A stretch of 64,000 nt of DNA. Origin: Octopus sinensis (lineage: Eukaryota). Below are positions 27,038 to 40,379 of this stretch, piece by piece. The stretch spans positions 81,220,001 through 81,284,000 of the forward strand of contig NC_043005.1 of assembly GCF_006345805.1 (NCBI RefSeq), read 5' to 3'. Within the stretch, counting starts at the first letter, position 1; the number at the start of each line of letters is the position of its first letter. The position numbers and the translations under genes were made by a program. Under the pieces are notes generated by a model, which saw only the letters and a program-made list of their open reading frames with translations, was not told the DNA's origin and searched no databases.

Positions 27038-28311
27038 GTATAATTTTATTTATTGGTGCAGGAAAGACGAAAAGTATATCAACTACAGTGGGGTAATATG
27101 GCCATAAACAATACAACTGGTTTGCAGATTCATGGGAAACTCTTGCTTAAATGACGTGTGCGCTGATATACGAAAGTAATAACAACAGGGTTTGACATGC
27201 AGAGACTTACATTCAGAACTTAAACAGATTTATATAAGTATACCATAAGGATACCATGCATGAGCGGTAAGTTATATGAATTAAACGCTTCAAAATTTGG
27301 CCGGGCATACATACACAGAACTTGAAATAAAATACACGCATATGCACGAACAACAGTTGGCACAAACATACATATATTCACTTATATATACAGATACACA
27401 GGAATTCATGCACAAATACATGCGGATGCGCATAAACACATATATGCCGAACTGCATTCAAACATAAACCAAATACTACAGAAATGCATTGGCGTTGTTT
27501 ATTTCCATCCTCCCCTACGTTCAGTCGCATTTTGTTTTCTTCTAAAGCTGAATGATTTCATGTTAAAACCTAAAACTCTATTTCTGAATTTGTCGCTCCG
27601 TGTAGCTTCTTCACATGGGTTTCCACTTCTTGTTTAAATTGCACATCCTGTATTGTTTTGTTGCCTTCAGTTGTAATTTTTAAATACAGTAGTGGACTGG
27701 AGACACTTGATGTTACTATCACAATTTTCTATCGCTTTTCTCACTAATTTTGCACGAATCACATCCGTTAGTCCTTCTCTCGGCCCATTAGATTATACTT
27801 CTATTTGTTTCTTGTCTGCTATTTCGTTATTTCACCCAAACATACATCACTACTCTTATGTCACAACTAATTGTTTTATCCGTGTTTTACACGTTACTTG
27901 ATATATATATACATCTCGAAATACTGGACGAAACTCCTCGAAGATGCGGAAAATCACATATCTTCTGAAAATTTACGTATATCTTGAAATTTTATTCAGG
28001 ATACCTTTCTTTCGGGAAGAAACACGTTAAACTTATAATGAACTCTGAATCTGGTAGTAATTTCTTTATTACGATTATACAATCGTTTACATAGAATTAC
28101 AAATACATAACATACATGCAAAACAAATAATTAAGAGGTTCGATTTAAAAATTTTTCCATAACATTTGGATTAAAAAATTCGTCTATAAATTATCCTTTA
28201 CGTGACCAATAGAATCTTATCACAGTTCATAACCTTTTGATCTTACCGAAGTTTCAAACCCCGGCAATTTATAAGGCCCCGCAGCTTTTGTTTCCTCTCC
28301 TCCCTCCATAG

Positions 28312-29301
28312 TTAAGCTGGGTTTCTGACACCCACCTTTTTTTCCACTTCCTTCCATCTTTTCTCATACACACCCCGTGGTAAGTTCCTCTTTTCCAGCC
28401 CCATTTTGCTCTTCAGATGATATCTGATGTAAGTGAGCAAGCCGGGGCCCGAGACAAAGGATCCTATCGCGACTCCTTCCATTCTTGTTCTCCACATGCA
28501 TTCTTTTACTACTGCAACCGTACAGTGAAAACATGCCTCACCTTCCTTCGAGAGTCCAGTTGGCGGTATCATCTTAATCATAGACTCAGCCGACAGCTGT
28601 ACTCGTCCCAGATGCGATAACACGTGTTCTGCGTAACTTATCAAGTCTGACAACTTCCGACAGTGTACAAAGGCGTGCTGGACGGTTTCATCGTCCAACT
28701 CGCACCTTGGACACGTCGGTGACACTGGAATTCCGTGCCGCGATAACTTCTCGCGAACAGGTAGAGCGTTCCTATAGCACTGCCAGGCCAGGGATCTTTG
28801 GAAATTATCCAAGTACCCCGTCCTGAAAGTCTTTTTAAACAGGTTGGTAAGCTGGTCTTCGTCAAACCCCAGAGCCCCTCCTAGGACGTCGTCGTTCTTT
28901 GCCTCTACCAGCCTTCTATAAAATACCGAGGTGGTATTTCCGCAGCCGGCCTTGCCCGCCTTGTGGATCAGCGTGAGTGCCTGTCGGCACTCCCTTTGCC
29001 ATAAAGTCAGTTTCCATCTTTTGATGCGACCGGGTTTAAAATCCGTTAAGGAGGCCAGTCTCGAGAAAAATTTCCCTGCCAGCGGACTCCACACCTTATC
29101 ACCCTCCAGGTGGTGCCAGAGATGCTTCAGCCTCAACGCATGTCTGCGCATCATCAGCCAAGGCATTCCTAACCAACCCTTTAACGGTTCCTGGCAGCAA
29201 ACGGAGCGCCTCACAAGTGGCTTTCCTCCCTTCCACAAAAAGCGGAAAAGGATTCGCTCCAACTTGTTAAGCCATGAACCGGGGCAAGGGACAACGGTCA
29301 T
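28312..29301 (-). pseudogene. Tx1-like ORF2, C-terminal portion after an apparent 1-nt frameshift
   Basis: Removing one base from TACCGCCATGACC joins the frames as YRLTVVPCP; contains the zf-RVT-type CCHC. Confidence 0.9.
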
Positions 29302-30552
29302 GGCGGTAAGTGATTACAGATGCAATGAACATCTGCACCACCTCCGCCCTTCCTTTCAAGGACAGAGACCTTCCGGACCAGGTCCGTACTATGGCCTCCA
29401 CCTTGCTCGTCACCTCACTCCAGTTCCTCTCCGTTTGGGAGTCTGGCCCAAACCAGACTCCTAGCAACTTAACAGGGCCATCCGTCCAGTGTCCCACGAC
29501 GCTGGACGATATCGACTTGCTCCTCCAGGTGCCGAGGCGCAAGCCAACCGACTTGTCCTTGTTAACCTTTGCTCCTGCCACCGCCTCGTATCCTCTGATA
29601 GCCTCTTCCACACAAGGTAGCTGGGCCTCATTTGACACGATGAGGGTGTCATCCGCGTAAGCAGTAACCGACCTCCCACCTCCGATCTCATCCGAGTTGC
29701 TTCCCAGCCTCTCCAACTTTCGCAGCAATGGCTCAAGAGCCAACACGTACAAAAGTGGTGACAAGGGGCACCCTTGACGAACTGAACATTCAATCGAAAA
29801 CGGTTCCGTTAGGTAACCGTTTATCTGGACGGTGGACTTGATGCCGCTATACATAGCGGAGATCCAGCCGCGAAATTCAGGGCCCAGTCCAGCCGCTTCG
29901 AGGACCGTCGCCAGGTACTCATGGTCTACCCTATCGAACGCTTTACTTTGGTCTAAATGGACCATTACCCCGCCCTTGCCGGTTAATTTACCCACCCTGT
30001 CTAAGGTGTAGCGTATAAGGTGAAGATTGTCCTGGATCGACCTGCCTGGAATTGCACATGTCTGTGCTCTCCCTACAAGTTTCTCCACGACAACCGTCAA
30101 CCTTTTTGCCAACACCTTGGCCAAAATCTTTAACTCTACATTAAGTAGAGTTATGGGCCTGTAGTTACTAATGTTATCCCCCTTGCTCGGGTCTTTCTGG
30201 ATTAGCGTCACCACTCCCCGGCTTACAGAGCTGGGAATTCTCCCATTCTGCTGCCAGTTCGTGTAGACGCCTGCCAATATTCCCCCGAACAAGTCCGGCA
30301 TACTTTGGTAAAACTCGTAGGGCAGACCATCCAACCCCGGCGACTTCTCCCCGGCGCATCCGGCCAGTATCCCCTCTATCTCCGCGGGAGTGATCGCTCC
30401 TTCACAGCACTCCACCTCACGCCCCGAGAGCCGCGGCCCGCCGGCCAGGAAGTCCTTTAAGGTCCTCCCCCGCTCCGGCGCCACACCACCCCCGAACACG
30501 CGGGCGAAATGCTGGTGAAGAAACTTTTGCATCTCCTCCTGTCCATAGATCT
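29267..30552 (-). pseudogene. Tx1-like ORF2, RT portion (lacks endonuclease and start codon)
   Basis: Open frame from GQKIYGQEEMQ to SVITYR; upstream residues of the ORF-track entry are flanking DNA. Confidence 0.9.
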
Positions 30553-31614
30553 TTTGTCCAATATAATTTATTATATAAGACGCATGAAGTGAGCACGTGA
30601 GGGTCATTCCTACTGTTGAACCGACAAAGAGGCGTCCACTTAATATTTAAATGAAGATAGTGAATAAAGCGATTACTGACATGTATAAAGATAATGATGA
30701 CCTGACTTTGGGTTAATAATTGAGATGTCGAATGGTTCACTAATGTTTCCTTTGTATAAGATATTCACGCAGTAATTGGATTGTAGAGGAAACTATTATC
30801 CTTCTTAATTGATATAACAACTTTCACTTGAACTTAAAAGAGCGCGGATGGAGATTGGAATTTGCAAGCGCTCATTGCATCTGATTTAAAGTACAAGCTG
30901 TGAAAAAGACATACATGCGAAAAAAAGTATATCATATAATATGAACACCGTCTAACATACAATTTGGGGAAACTAGAGCTATTGCTTCCACAAGAAAAAA
31001 TGGCAAGAAAACTCGATTCATTCGTATACGCAATTGAACAGCTACGTGTGGAAGGTGCACGCTTTAATATAGGAGAGTGCCGAACAACTAGCTCCGGCTC
31101 AGAGAGAAACATTTTTAAGCAGTTGACTGTGAACTCTCCCATCGCTTTTCTTTTTTATAATTTTCTTTGTAACAACCTCGTTGCAATTCAGTAAACATGT
31201 TATTTGAAAGCTTTGAATTGAGTAATTATATGGGTATGATGGACTGGAGTTGCCTAAACATTAATATGCCAAACATCGTCTAGGATCAAGTGGGATTGTT
31301 GAAATAAAAGCTTATTGTATCATTAGGGAATGTGAAATGCTTAATATATTAGAAGTTAGAGATTATAATTTCTTATAGAAGTTTGAATCTTGACGTAGAA
31401 ATTCAAGTAGAGATAGGAGATGTAAAGTCTACAAATATTGTGAGATGTCTCATTGTAATGCACAAAAACAGAATATTAAATAATATAGATATATGCAGTT
31501 AACACCAAAAGGAACGACCGTGAATATAATACATTAATCCGCATAAAACTTGCCATAAAAAGATGAATTAATTTTCAGTAGCACATTGGAAATAGAGTTA
31601 CATGTAGTGACAAT

Positions 31615-31828
31615 AATGATTTCAAATTTTGGCACAAAGCCAGCAATTCCGGTGGAGCGGGTAGGTCGATTATATCGACCCCAGTGTTCGACTGGTACAT
31701 ATTTTGTCGACCCCAAAGGATAAAAGGCTAAGTCCGCGTCAGCAGAATTTGAACCCCGAACGTGGAGACTGACGAGATGCTGCTAAGTATTTTGCCCAGT
31801 GTGTTAACGTTCTTGCCATCTCGCCGCT
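31615..31828 (-). mobile_element. SINE family A2, diverged
   Basis: GGCACAAAGCCAGCAATT tail and GTCGATTATATCGACCCCAGTG central motif. Confidence 0.8.
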
Positions 31829-32873
31829 CTGCCACGGGAGAATATTAAAGATACAATTACAAACTTGTCATTATTCAATACCAAAAATTGTTGCAACGAC
31901 TTGCTTGTGTCGTTTTAGTATCTCTAAGATCCATTTCGTGCTTGAGTTGAAATCAATTAATTCTGTTCCAGTAAAAAATCGATTTTTCTCTCCAGCCTAA
32001 AGATATACGTCGTTCTTCGCAATTCTAATTGTATACCAATGATATTTCCCTTGGTTATTGCGGAACCAGATATATATATATATATAATTGCAATATACAT
32101 TGCAAACTGAATTATTGAATTCAAACCTCTTACTAACTATTATTTATGTAATTAATATTGCTTCTTAGTTCCGAATACATATATTTGCTAATCTTAAGAT
32201 GTATCGAATTAGTTTCACTAGAGCTATTAATTTTATTACCACCAGAGTCACTAGAAATCGAGGAAATCCTTTGGAAAGCGATCAAAGCTAAATTACTTAA
32301 TAACTAATATTTGATGTGGTTTTTGCAACAGTGAACACTACGTCAACTTTTCTCAATCAATAGCGCTACAAGGCGGCTTCACAATTTCATATCAATGAAG
32401 AAACTTCACATCCTGCTTAAAATATTAAAAAAAAAACTTATATTCAGTTTTTCATGTTTCATGAGATTGACGTAACTGATATATTTGTAGCGCTTTCTTT
32501 GTCATTTTAATAAATCGGGACATGAAAGGACAATTTTTTAATAATAAATAATAATAAAGAAGTCTTCTGAAAATACTGAATAAAATCTGTGTTTACATAG
32601 TTATATAGTTAAATGGTGAAATACAATAGGATTCTGAGCAACGGATAAAATATTTTCCTCTATCCTCCGGCTTAATGCGTTTAAATGCTAATTTTCTGAA
32701 ACACCTTTCGGAATTAGTGAAATATAAATTACCAAATAGCCGGATTGTTTCTCTCGAATATATCTAAAAATAGAAATTGTAAGTAATCAATAAATAATAC
32801 CAAACATCAATTTAAAAACAATTTACAATTTATAATATATTATAATTATATACTATATTTTGTTTTGTTGCAG

Positions 32874-32922
32874 AATTTCACAAATCCCAACAAGTTATTA
32901 TGAACCACCATATGGCAGCTAA
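32874..32922 (+). CDS. Candidate short terminal coding exon (xISQIPTSYYEPPYGS*) of an unidentified gene
   Basis: Strong acceptor TTTTGTTTTGTTGCAG at 32858-32873, 49 nt to TAA, then ~3 kb of repeat-poor AT-rich DNA with AATAAA motifs. No upstream exon identified. Confidence 0.25.
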
Positions 32923-35918
32923 ATTATATGTTTGTAAAATCTATAATTATAGTAAAATAAGAAATCGTTCCTCTGCTGAGATCATTGTTCAGGATTTCTA
33001 CCAGAGAATACGAATGAAACACTAATCCACTTAACAAGAAATTTATATAAATGCCTTCGTCGCCTTAAGAGCAGTCTTGGAATTTATTACACCACTTCTA
33101 TATGTATTGCATAAATGTAACACGAAACGACTATATACTTTCCAACCATGTGGATCCCGATCAACTGCATCCATGTCTCATACTACCCTGATGAATACAT
33201 GTGACACTTTTAGTAAAGTGGGATTTTAGAAATATTATTCATCGAGCACATACTGAAATAAATGTATTAATCGTTAGTAATCTCATAATCAGGAAAGTTC
33301 TGACGATTCTTTGAGGTTTGAGAGAGTAGATAAAAATTAATTCTGCATCACACAGATCATGTAAACTTTGCGTTCAGGAGCCGTTTTGAGGACATGCATG
33401 TTCATAGTGAACTCATCCGAACACAAATATCGTCTCAAGCAAAGCACCTCCTGACTACATTCGCCGCGAAAGTATTGATGAAATTAATAATTTGTTAACA
33501 TCTTTGTTCCCAGCTCTGCAGCGCCCTGTTTAAACACCGCAATGTCTGATGAAAAAGAAAGGATGGAACTGAAGAAAATATTTTTATCAACTAATAAAAA
33601 GTTAAGGAATGGTCGAACATTTGCATTGTTCGTTTTAGCAGAAATTATTTATTGTATGTTCAGATAAACATGTCTAGAACGAACAAATCAATTATGATTA
33701 ATAATAATGAATGTTTAAGTAAACATTTGAAAAAATAACACATGACTTAATCAGATTGTTGGCTAAATCTCTACTAGATAAAACTTATATAATTCCCGAC
33801 CTAGCCGAAAGCATTTCTTATTGCAACACTTAAATTGTTTAGTTTAGATACAAACATTCAATTTGATTTATGTCTGTTTAGTACTAAAGTGTTTAAATAC
33901 TCATCTATTTTCTAATGTTTGTTTGCAACGGAATTTGGCTTATTTCTAAAAAAGAATGCGATAATAACTTTATAAATATAGTAGTGGTTATTATATTTGA
34001 GATTTCAATTACCTGCTTGTACGTCTGGCTTATATAATGTATATTACGTTGCGCTGAATTATCTATTCATTTATTTTTCGAATTTAGATACATAATAAAT
34101 ATTCCTTTGTTGAAGTATTCCAGTTATCTTTAAGAACATTAGCTCTATCATCTTGTCGTCGTCGAGACTGATATCAAATTCTCTTTATCATCGTCATTTT
34201 CATTATAATTGTCAACGTATTCCTATTAGGTTTACAACAATCTTGACTTCAAATGAATTAAGTGAGTGTATGTCATCATGCACGTTTAAATTTTCAATTG
34301 TCAGTTGAAAAAATATGTTGAAATCCCAGTTGGACCAAAAAAGTGCTTTAAAAGCAAAACAATAAAACTAATGTAATAGAAGCAGATGCTACAGGGTTTG
34401 GAAAATTGAAGATTCATTCTTTTTCTCAGTATATACAAATCTATTTAGTTTTCTATGCATTCTCAATACAATGTTTGTATTGAAATACCAATAATTTTAG
34501 AAAAGATTTCATCGACTCCAACAGAAATAATAATTACAGTCGCTTCTGATTTGCTCGAGAAAAAGAGTACTAGGTGGAATATCACTTTTTGTTAAAACTT
34601 GTCTGAATAATGTGGGAAATGAAGCTAAATATATCGAGATATTTTCGGCATCCCGGCAGATCTGGCGACTAAAAGCCATCATTTTCTAATTGATAATCCA
34701 GTAATTTTTCTTTTTTGTTATTTGTTTTGGTTCGGGACAATTATATTTACCGATTCATAAGTTCCAGCTGCTCTCAAAGAATCGATAAACATCATTGTTT
34801 GTTTTTTGTGCTTTCGTTCTTTAAGTTTTTGGAGATAAAGATTTAAGTAGGATTTGTTAGCAGACATCAAACAGCTGTCCTTCCATAACTGGATATTGAG
34901 GCTCATGGACTTCTTCTCAGCACCTTCTATAGGGATACATATCTAGGTATACTTTGCGGTCTTGAAGATTTATGGAGCCGAGCATGTTCCTTGTGAACTC
35001 ATCAGATTAAATATTGTACCAGACTAAATTTACCTTGAACCTCTTCCATACCAATGTAAATGTTTGCCAGTGGTTGGCATCGGGTTGACATCATCACGAA
35101 AGATCTTGGTAGTGGCTCTAGTGTTCGGTGTCGCCAAATGATGTCGAATGGGCTTATGGACTGTTGTATTCAGTTCTCTATGAGCATACGTTTTCAACCA
35201 ATCTTCTTGTTTTAAAGACGATATATATATAGAAACTGACATATACGCGCTAATGAAGGATATTTCACTTCAAATATCTGCTAGATCTATTCGTGTCTTC
35301 TTTTTTATGTTTGAATGTGATAAGATTGACTACTGTATGTTTGCTGAGACATGGAAGAGTTATATTTCTCTTCTCACGATCTTCTGATATTAATTTTGGA
35401 ATACTGGCACCAATGTAGAATACAAAATATGCTTGGCTAGATTTTTCTGAAAAAATGTTGCATAATAAGCGATCTCTTCCCGATAGTATCCTGGCAAAAA
35501 TATTCCTTCATTATTCGTGTTAAAACTCGGAGCAATGCGTACATGTATGCTGTTATTGGTATTCTGGTTTAAATAGGAGAGTTTTTATTTTTAGCTTCTG
35601 AATTTTGTAAATACTTTGTATTGCAATTAAATTTGCATTCTAATCACTTTTGTTCTTTGCAATATATTATTTTATACATATTCATTAATTTTTCTGAGGC
35701 GTGACGTGTACTAGTCATGGTTTTTTGCCGTCAGTGAGGCACGAAAGTAAACTTGTGTCTCAAAATAATACAGCCTCTGTAGTGGAATACGATAAACTGC
35801 ATAAAGTTTTCTGAATCCGAGTACTTTTTGTAAAAAAAAAATGTTACATCTTGCAAAATCCTTTGATTCATTTGTTTCAAAGAGACTTGTACAAAAAAAA
35901 AGCATCGCTATCGAGTTC

Positions 35919-35959
<41 letters not shown>

Positions 35960-36040
35960 TAATAATAATAATAATGAGGAGGAGGAGGAGGAGGAGGAGG
36001 AAGATAACAATAATAATAATGATTATAAGAAGAAAGAAAA
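35919..36040. repeat. (TAA)n followed by (GGA)n
   Basis: Direct. Confidence 0.95.
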
Positions 36041-36683
36041 TGTAAGATCAAAATGCAGAAATAGAAAAAATGTCAATGACCATTTCGGTGAATCATCACA
36101 GTGCTTGAGTTTAGAATAGAATACTTCTTTTTCTACTTCATGTTCTTTGCCATGGGCGCCTTTATTTCGTATTTTCACCAGCGCCTTAATGTCCCCATCC
36201 GACCACATTTTCTACTACCATTCCTAACCTCCTCCTCCTCCTCCTTATCATCATCGTCGTTGTCATCCTCGTAGCCGCCGTCGTCAGCAGCAGTAGAATT
36301 CAGCTGCGGCAACATCTTACTACTTACAGAACTTTACAAAGAAATACATAGATTTCGAGGTTTCTAACAAGAAAAATAATAGCAGTCAATTGACCATTAA
36401 GTATCTACGGTCTACTAACTGTAGACATTCGTGATTCTGCTACACTATTATTTAGCGAAGAACATTGACAAAACTGTTACGGTCAGTTGAGTTCTTTTTT
36501 ATTTTCGTTTTTTTTTCACGTTTAGGTATAATAAAAATAATAATAAAAATAACATGAAACTTATTTAAGGTAATTACATAGAGTAAAAACAGCTTCAGTT
36601 TGAGAAACATCAATAACAATAGCAAATATAATGACTGTACAAACAAAATATACAAGTCTCAAAATGACGGCAATAAACTACTA

Positions 36684-36903
36684 CAGCTACATCAGAACCA
36701 CTACACACACACAAACAAAAACTAACAAGAACACATTCATCGGTTCCAACAACAATTACAACAAACATCGCTTCTACGACAGCTACATCAAGACCACTAC
36801 ACACACACAAACAAAAACTAACAAGAACACATTCATCGGTTCCAACAACAATTACAACATACATCGCTTCTACTAAGGCTACATCAAGGCCACTACACAC
36901 ACA
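36684..36903 (+). repeat. 96-bp minisatellite, ~2.3 copies
   Basis: (C/A)(A/G)GCTACATC recurs at 36684, 36780 and 36876. Confidence 0.92.
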
Positions 36904-36917
36904 AAATGAAACAAACT

Positions 36918-37318
36918 CTTTTACCCTTTTACTCTTTCACTTGTTTCAGTCATTTGACTGTGGCCATGCTGGAGCACCGCCTTTAGTCGAGCAAATCGAC
37001 CCCAGGACTTATTCTTTGTAAGCCTATTACTTATTCTATCGGTCTCTTTTCCCGAACCGCTAAGTTACGGGGACGCAAACACGCCGACATCAGTTGTCAA
37101 GTGATGTCGGGGGGACAATCACAGACACACAAACATATACAGACACACATATATATATATATATACGAAGGGCTTCTTTCAGTTTCCGTCTACCAAATCC
37201 ACTCACACGGCTTTGGTCGGCCCGAGGCTATAGTAGAAACACTTGCTCAAGGTGCCACGCAGTGGGACTGAATCCGGAACCATGTGGTGGTAAGCAAGCT
37301 ACTTACCACACAGCCACT
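36918..37318 (-). mobile_element. SINE family B, full length
   Basis: Reverse complement of the 9103-9531 structure. Confidence 0.9.
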
Positions 37319-37442
37319 TCATTGGTTGCAGCAACAATGACAACATACATCGCTTCTACTGCAACTACTGCCATCGTTAGTACTACCGCAATGAAATTTG
37401 AATTATATATAGTAAATATTGAAGCAGCAAATTGCAGTGTCT

Positions 37443-37630
37443 TTAGCACGCCGGAGAAAATTCTTAGCGAGATTTCGGGCGGCGTTTCGTCCTTCTTTAC
37501 CTTCAAGTTCCACCGAAGTCGACTTTGCCTTTTTACGCTTTCGAGGTCGATTAAGGAAGAACAATTTGATCACTGGGGCCGATGTAATTGATTTTAAACC
37601 GCCTTTGGCTTCTGGCAAAATTTGAAATCA
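37443..37630 (+). mobile_element. SINE family A2, degenerate
   Basis: TTAGCACGCCGG, GTCGACTTTGCC, CTGGGGCCGATGTAAT. Confidence 0.75.
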
Positions 37631-37732
37631 TCATAATATTTATTTAGAATCGACTTGAGAGGAATATCTACTCGGATTGTAATGGTGAACAAAATTCCGC
37701 TATGCATTTTGTCTGGCGTGCTAACGATTCTT

Positions 37733-37960
37733 ATTTCTTTGTTGCCCACAAGGGACTAAACAAAGAGGGGACAAACAAGGAGAGGCAAAGGGATTAAGTC
37801 GATTACATCGACCCCAGTGCGAAACTGGTACTTAATTTATCGACCCCGAAAGGATGAAAGACAAAGTCGACCTCGGCGGAATTTGAACTCAGAACGTAAC
37901 GGCAGACGAAATACGACTACCCATTTCGCCCGGCGTGCTAACGATTCTTCCAGCTCGCCG
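37733..37960 (-). mobile_element. SINE family A1
   Basis: Near-consensus copy on the minus strand. Confidence 0.92.
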
Positions 37961-38399
37961 AGCGTGTAGGTATTGTGTTATACTTGCCTTCATCATAACG
38001 TTTTGAACATCACACGCGTCTTGAAAGTTATAATTTCCGATAACGATTAAGGCATATTAGTTACTTCCCATTTTTACGGTTTGAACTAAATGTATAAGAT
38101 ATTCCGCTTTCTCCCATTGTCTCTCTTTCATTTTCTCTCTCTTCTTCTCTCTCACTATCTTTTGTTTTCTTCTCTCCTTTCTCCATGACAACCATGTCAA
38201 TCAACCTATCAAGGTATTTATCAATCTCTCTATATATGTAAACATACCCCTCAAAGATGCATACATACACGAAACTTAGACACACACGCACATATCTATC
38301 TATCTATCTATATACAAATATATATATATGTATATAGATAGACAGATACATAAAGAGATAGATAGATATATAGATAGATAGATATGTATATATGCATAT

Positions 38400-38455
<56 letters not shown>

Positions 38456-38949
38456 GAGCGGTGAATAAACTGTCGTCTAAATTACCTAAAAATGAAAATA
38501 AAACTGATATCTCATTTTAACAGATATATTTCCCAAAATTATATTTAAAAATATCTTGAAATACTAAAGGGTAAATTTATTCAATAAAATCGCCATTGAG
38601 AAATATGTATATACACATATATATCTATAAACTATACATGCACAAAGAAATTTTATATTTATATTTAATATTAATGTCTTGCATATATTCATATGACAAA
38701 TATTTAATCGTAGATTTAAATAACATTGTGTGAAATAATGTGAGTGCTATTAATCTTAAGTATCGTACAACTGTGGAAAGTATCACTTGCTCTTCTTGAA
38801 GATATATACACTTTCGTCTGAAATTTTATTTCACAATATATTTCTGGTACTTTTTGTAGAACCTTCTGGACAAAAGTACATTATAAACCACCTTAATGTG
38901 TGTTTTGTGTCTTAGCCTATCAGTCTATGAATATTTGCGAGAATACGTG

Positions 38950-39330
38950 TAAACAATAACGGATGCAAAGAGGGTCCCCACTCTGAGAAAACAGATCTGG
39001 GATAAGGGATTAGTATTGAGCCTGGGGAATGTAACGCAATATGGCTCCATTTTGAAGGAGGCATGAGTGTCTCAGGAATGTTTTTCAGTAGTTGGTTTCC
39101 AATGGCCGAGGCTATTATAGTAGCGCTAGATGATATACAAAATTGTTACATTGAACTTTGGTACAGAGATTCCAGAGCGTCTTTTAACAGGACAGGGCGT
39201 TGGATACTCATGTGATCTGAAAGCATCCACATGAAAGCCTACCTATAATCCCCTTCAACCTCGATTATCATAGTATCGGTATAGGTAAAATGAACACAAT
39301 TCATGATCTAGGATCGAACTATTAAAAAAA
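38950..39330 (-). pseudogene. Possible CR1-like LINE 3' remnant
   Basis: Fragments YYNSL, QLLKNIPETL, SFKME resemble the end of CR1 ORF2; heavily decayed. Confidence 0.35.
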
Positions 39331-39708
39331 AAAAATTTCAATTTCGGACCTCGTGCTTTTATTATAAATATATATTAACGGACAACGGAAATGAATATTC
39401 TATTGTTGTGCTTCTCTTAAAGTAGATCGTCAGGCTGTAAACATTCTGGCTCTACACATTTTTGATTTTATTCGGTGATACCGGTGGAAGGTCTATCTCA
39501 GCCGAGTATATATTCCGTTCTCTCTAGGTCTATCCTTACATCATAGAATCTAAATGCACTCAGTGAAAACCTATTTGTTAAGACTACAATAATACATTTA
39601 TATACACATAGAGACATACAGACGCACACACACATATAAATCTGTCTTTCTATCAACATATATCCATCTATCAATATATATATCTCTTATTATAATATAT
39701 ATATAAAA

Positions 39709-39894
39709 GGAGGCGACCTGGAAGAGACGTTAGCACGCCGGGCGAAATGCCGTGCGTTCTGAGTTCAAATTCCGCCGAGGTCGACTTTTCATCCTTTCGA
39801 GGTCGATAAATTAAGTATCAGCTGCTTATTGGTGTCGATCTTATCGACTAGCCCCCTTCTCCCACCAAAAGTTCAGGCCTTGTCTCTAGAGTAG

Positions 39895-39898
<4 letters not shown>
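39709..39898 (+). mobile_element. SINE family A2 with an internal deletion
   Basis: Head, GTTCAAATTCCGCCGAGGTCGAC and tail GCCTTGTCTCTAGAGTAGAAA. Confidence 0.85.
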
Positions 39899-39943
<45 letters not shown>

Positions 39944-40043
39944 TAACAATAGAAAGGGAGAACAATAGAAAGTGGTCCTAGATACATGATTTCTCACCAC
40001 ACATATCACTTTCGAGTTAATGATAGAATGATAAATACTGGTT

Positions 40044-40089
<46 letters not shown>

Positions 40090-40379
40090 ACACAGACACA
40101 CATGTACATCCATCTATCTATCTATATAATATATATATATACATACACACACATACATTTACGCGCGCACACACACATATACACACACACACATATGCAT
40201 ATATGTGTGCGCATGTATATGTCTCTGTGTGTACGAATGTATATTTATTTGTTCGATTCTATTTGGAACCAGTGAAATCTTCCTGTAATGAAGTAGCTAG
40301 TTGCTAACAAAGATACACATCTCCATTTCTGGAACGTAGAGAGTAAAAACAATTTAGTAGTTTGAATTTGAGAAAACTC

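Larger units (their letters stand above)
28060..30552 (-). mobile_element. 5'-truncated L1/Tx1-clade LINE (RT, C-terminal zinc knuckle, 3'UTR)
   Basis: GC-rich island in AT-rich DNA; RT motifs KSPGLDGLPYEFY, YRPITLLNVELKILAK, LDQSKAFDRVDH, QGCPLSPLLY, YADD; CPRC..ETVQHAFVHC; 3'UTR ends in a hairpin plus AATAAAGAAA at 28061-28086. Confidence 0.95.

Noticed and set aside
30964-31194. 76-aa ORF MGKLELLL..
   Set aside because: TTG start, no recognisable domain, no supported splice context.
36684-36903. CRISPR-like array
   Set aside because: Contiguous 96-bp units with no unique spacers, eukaryotic context, no cas genes.
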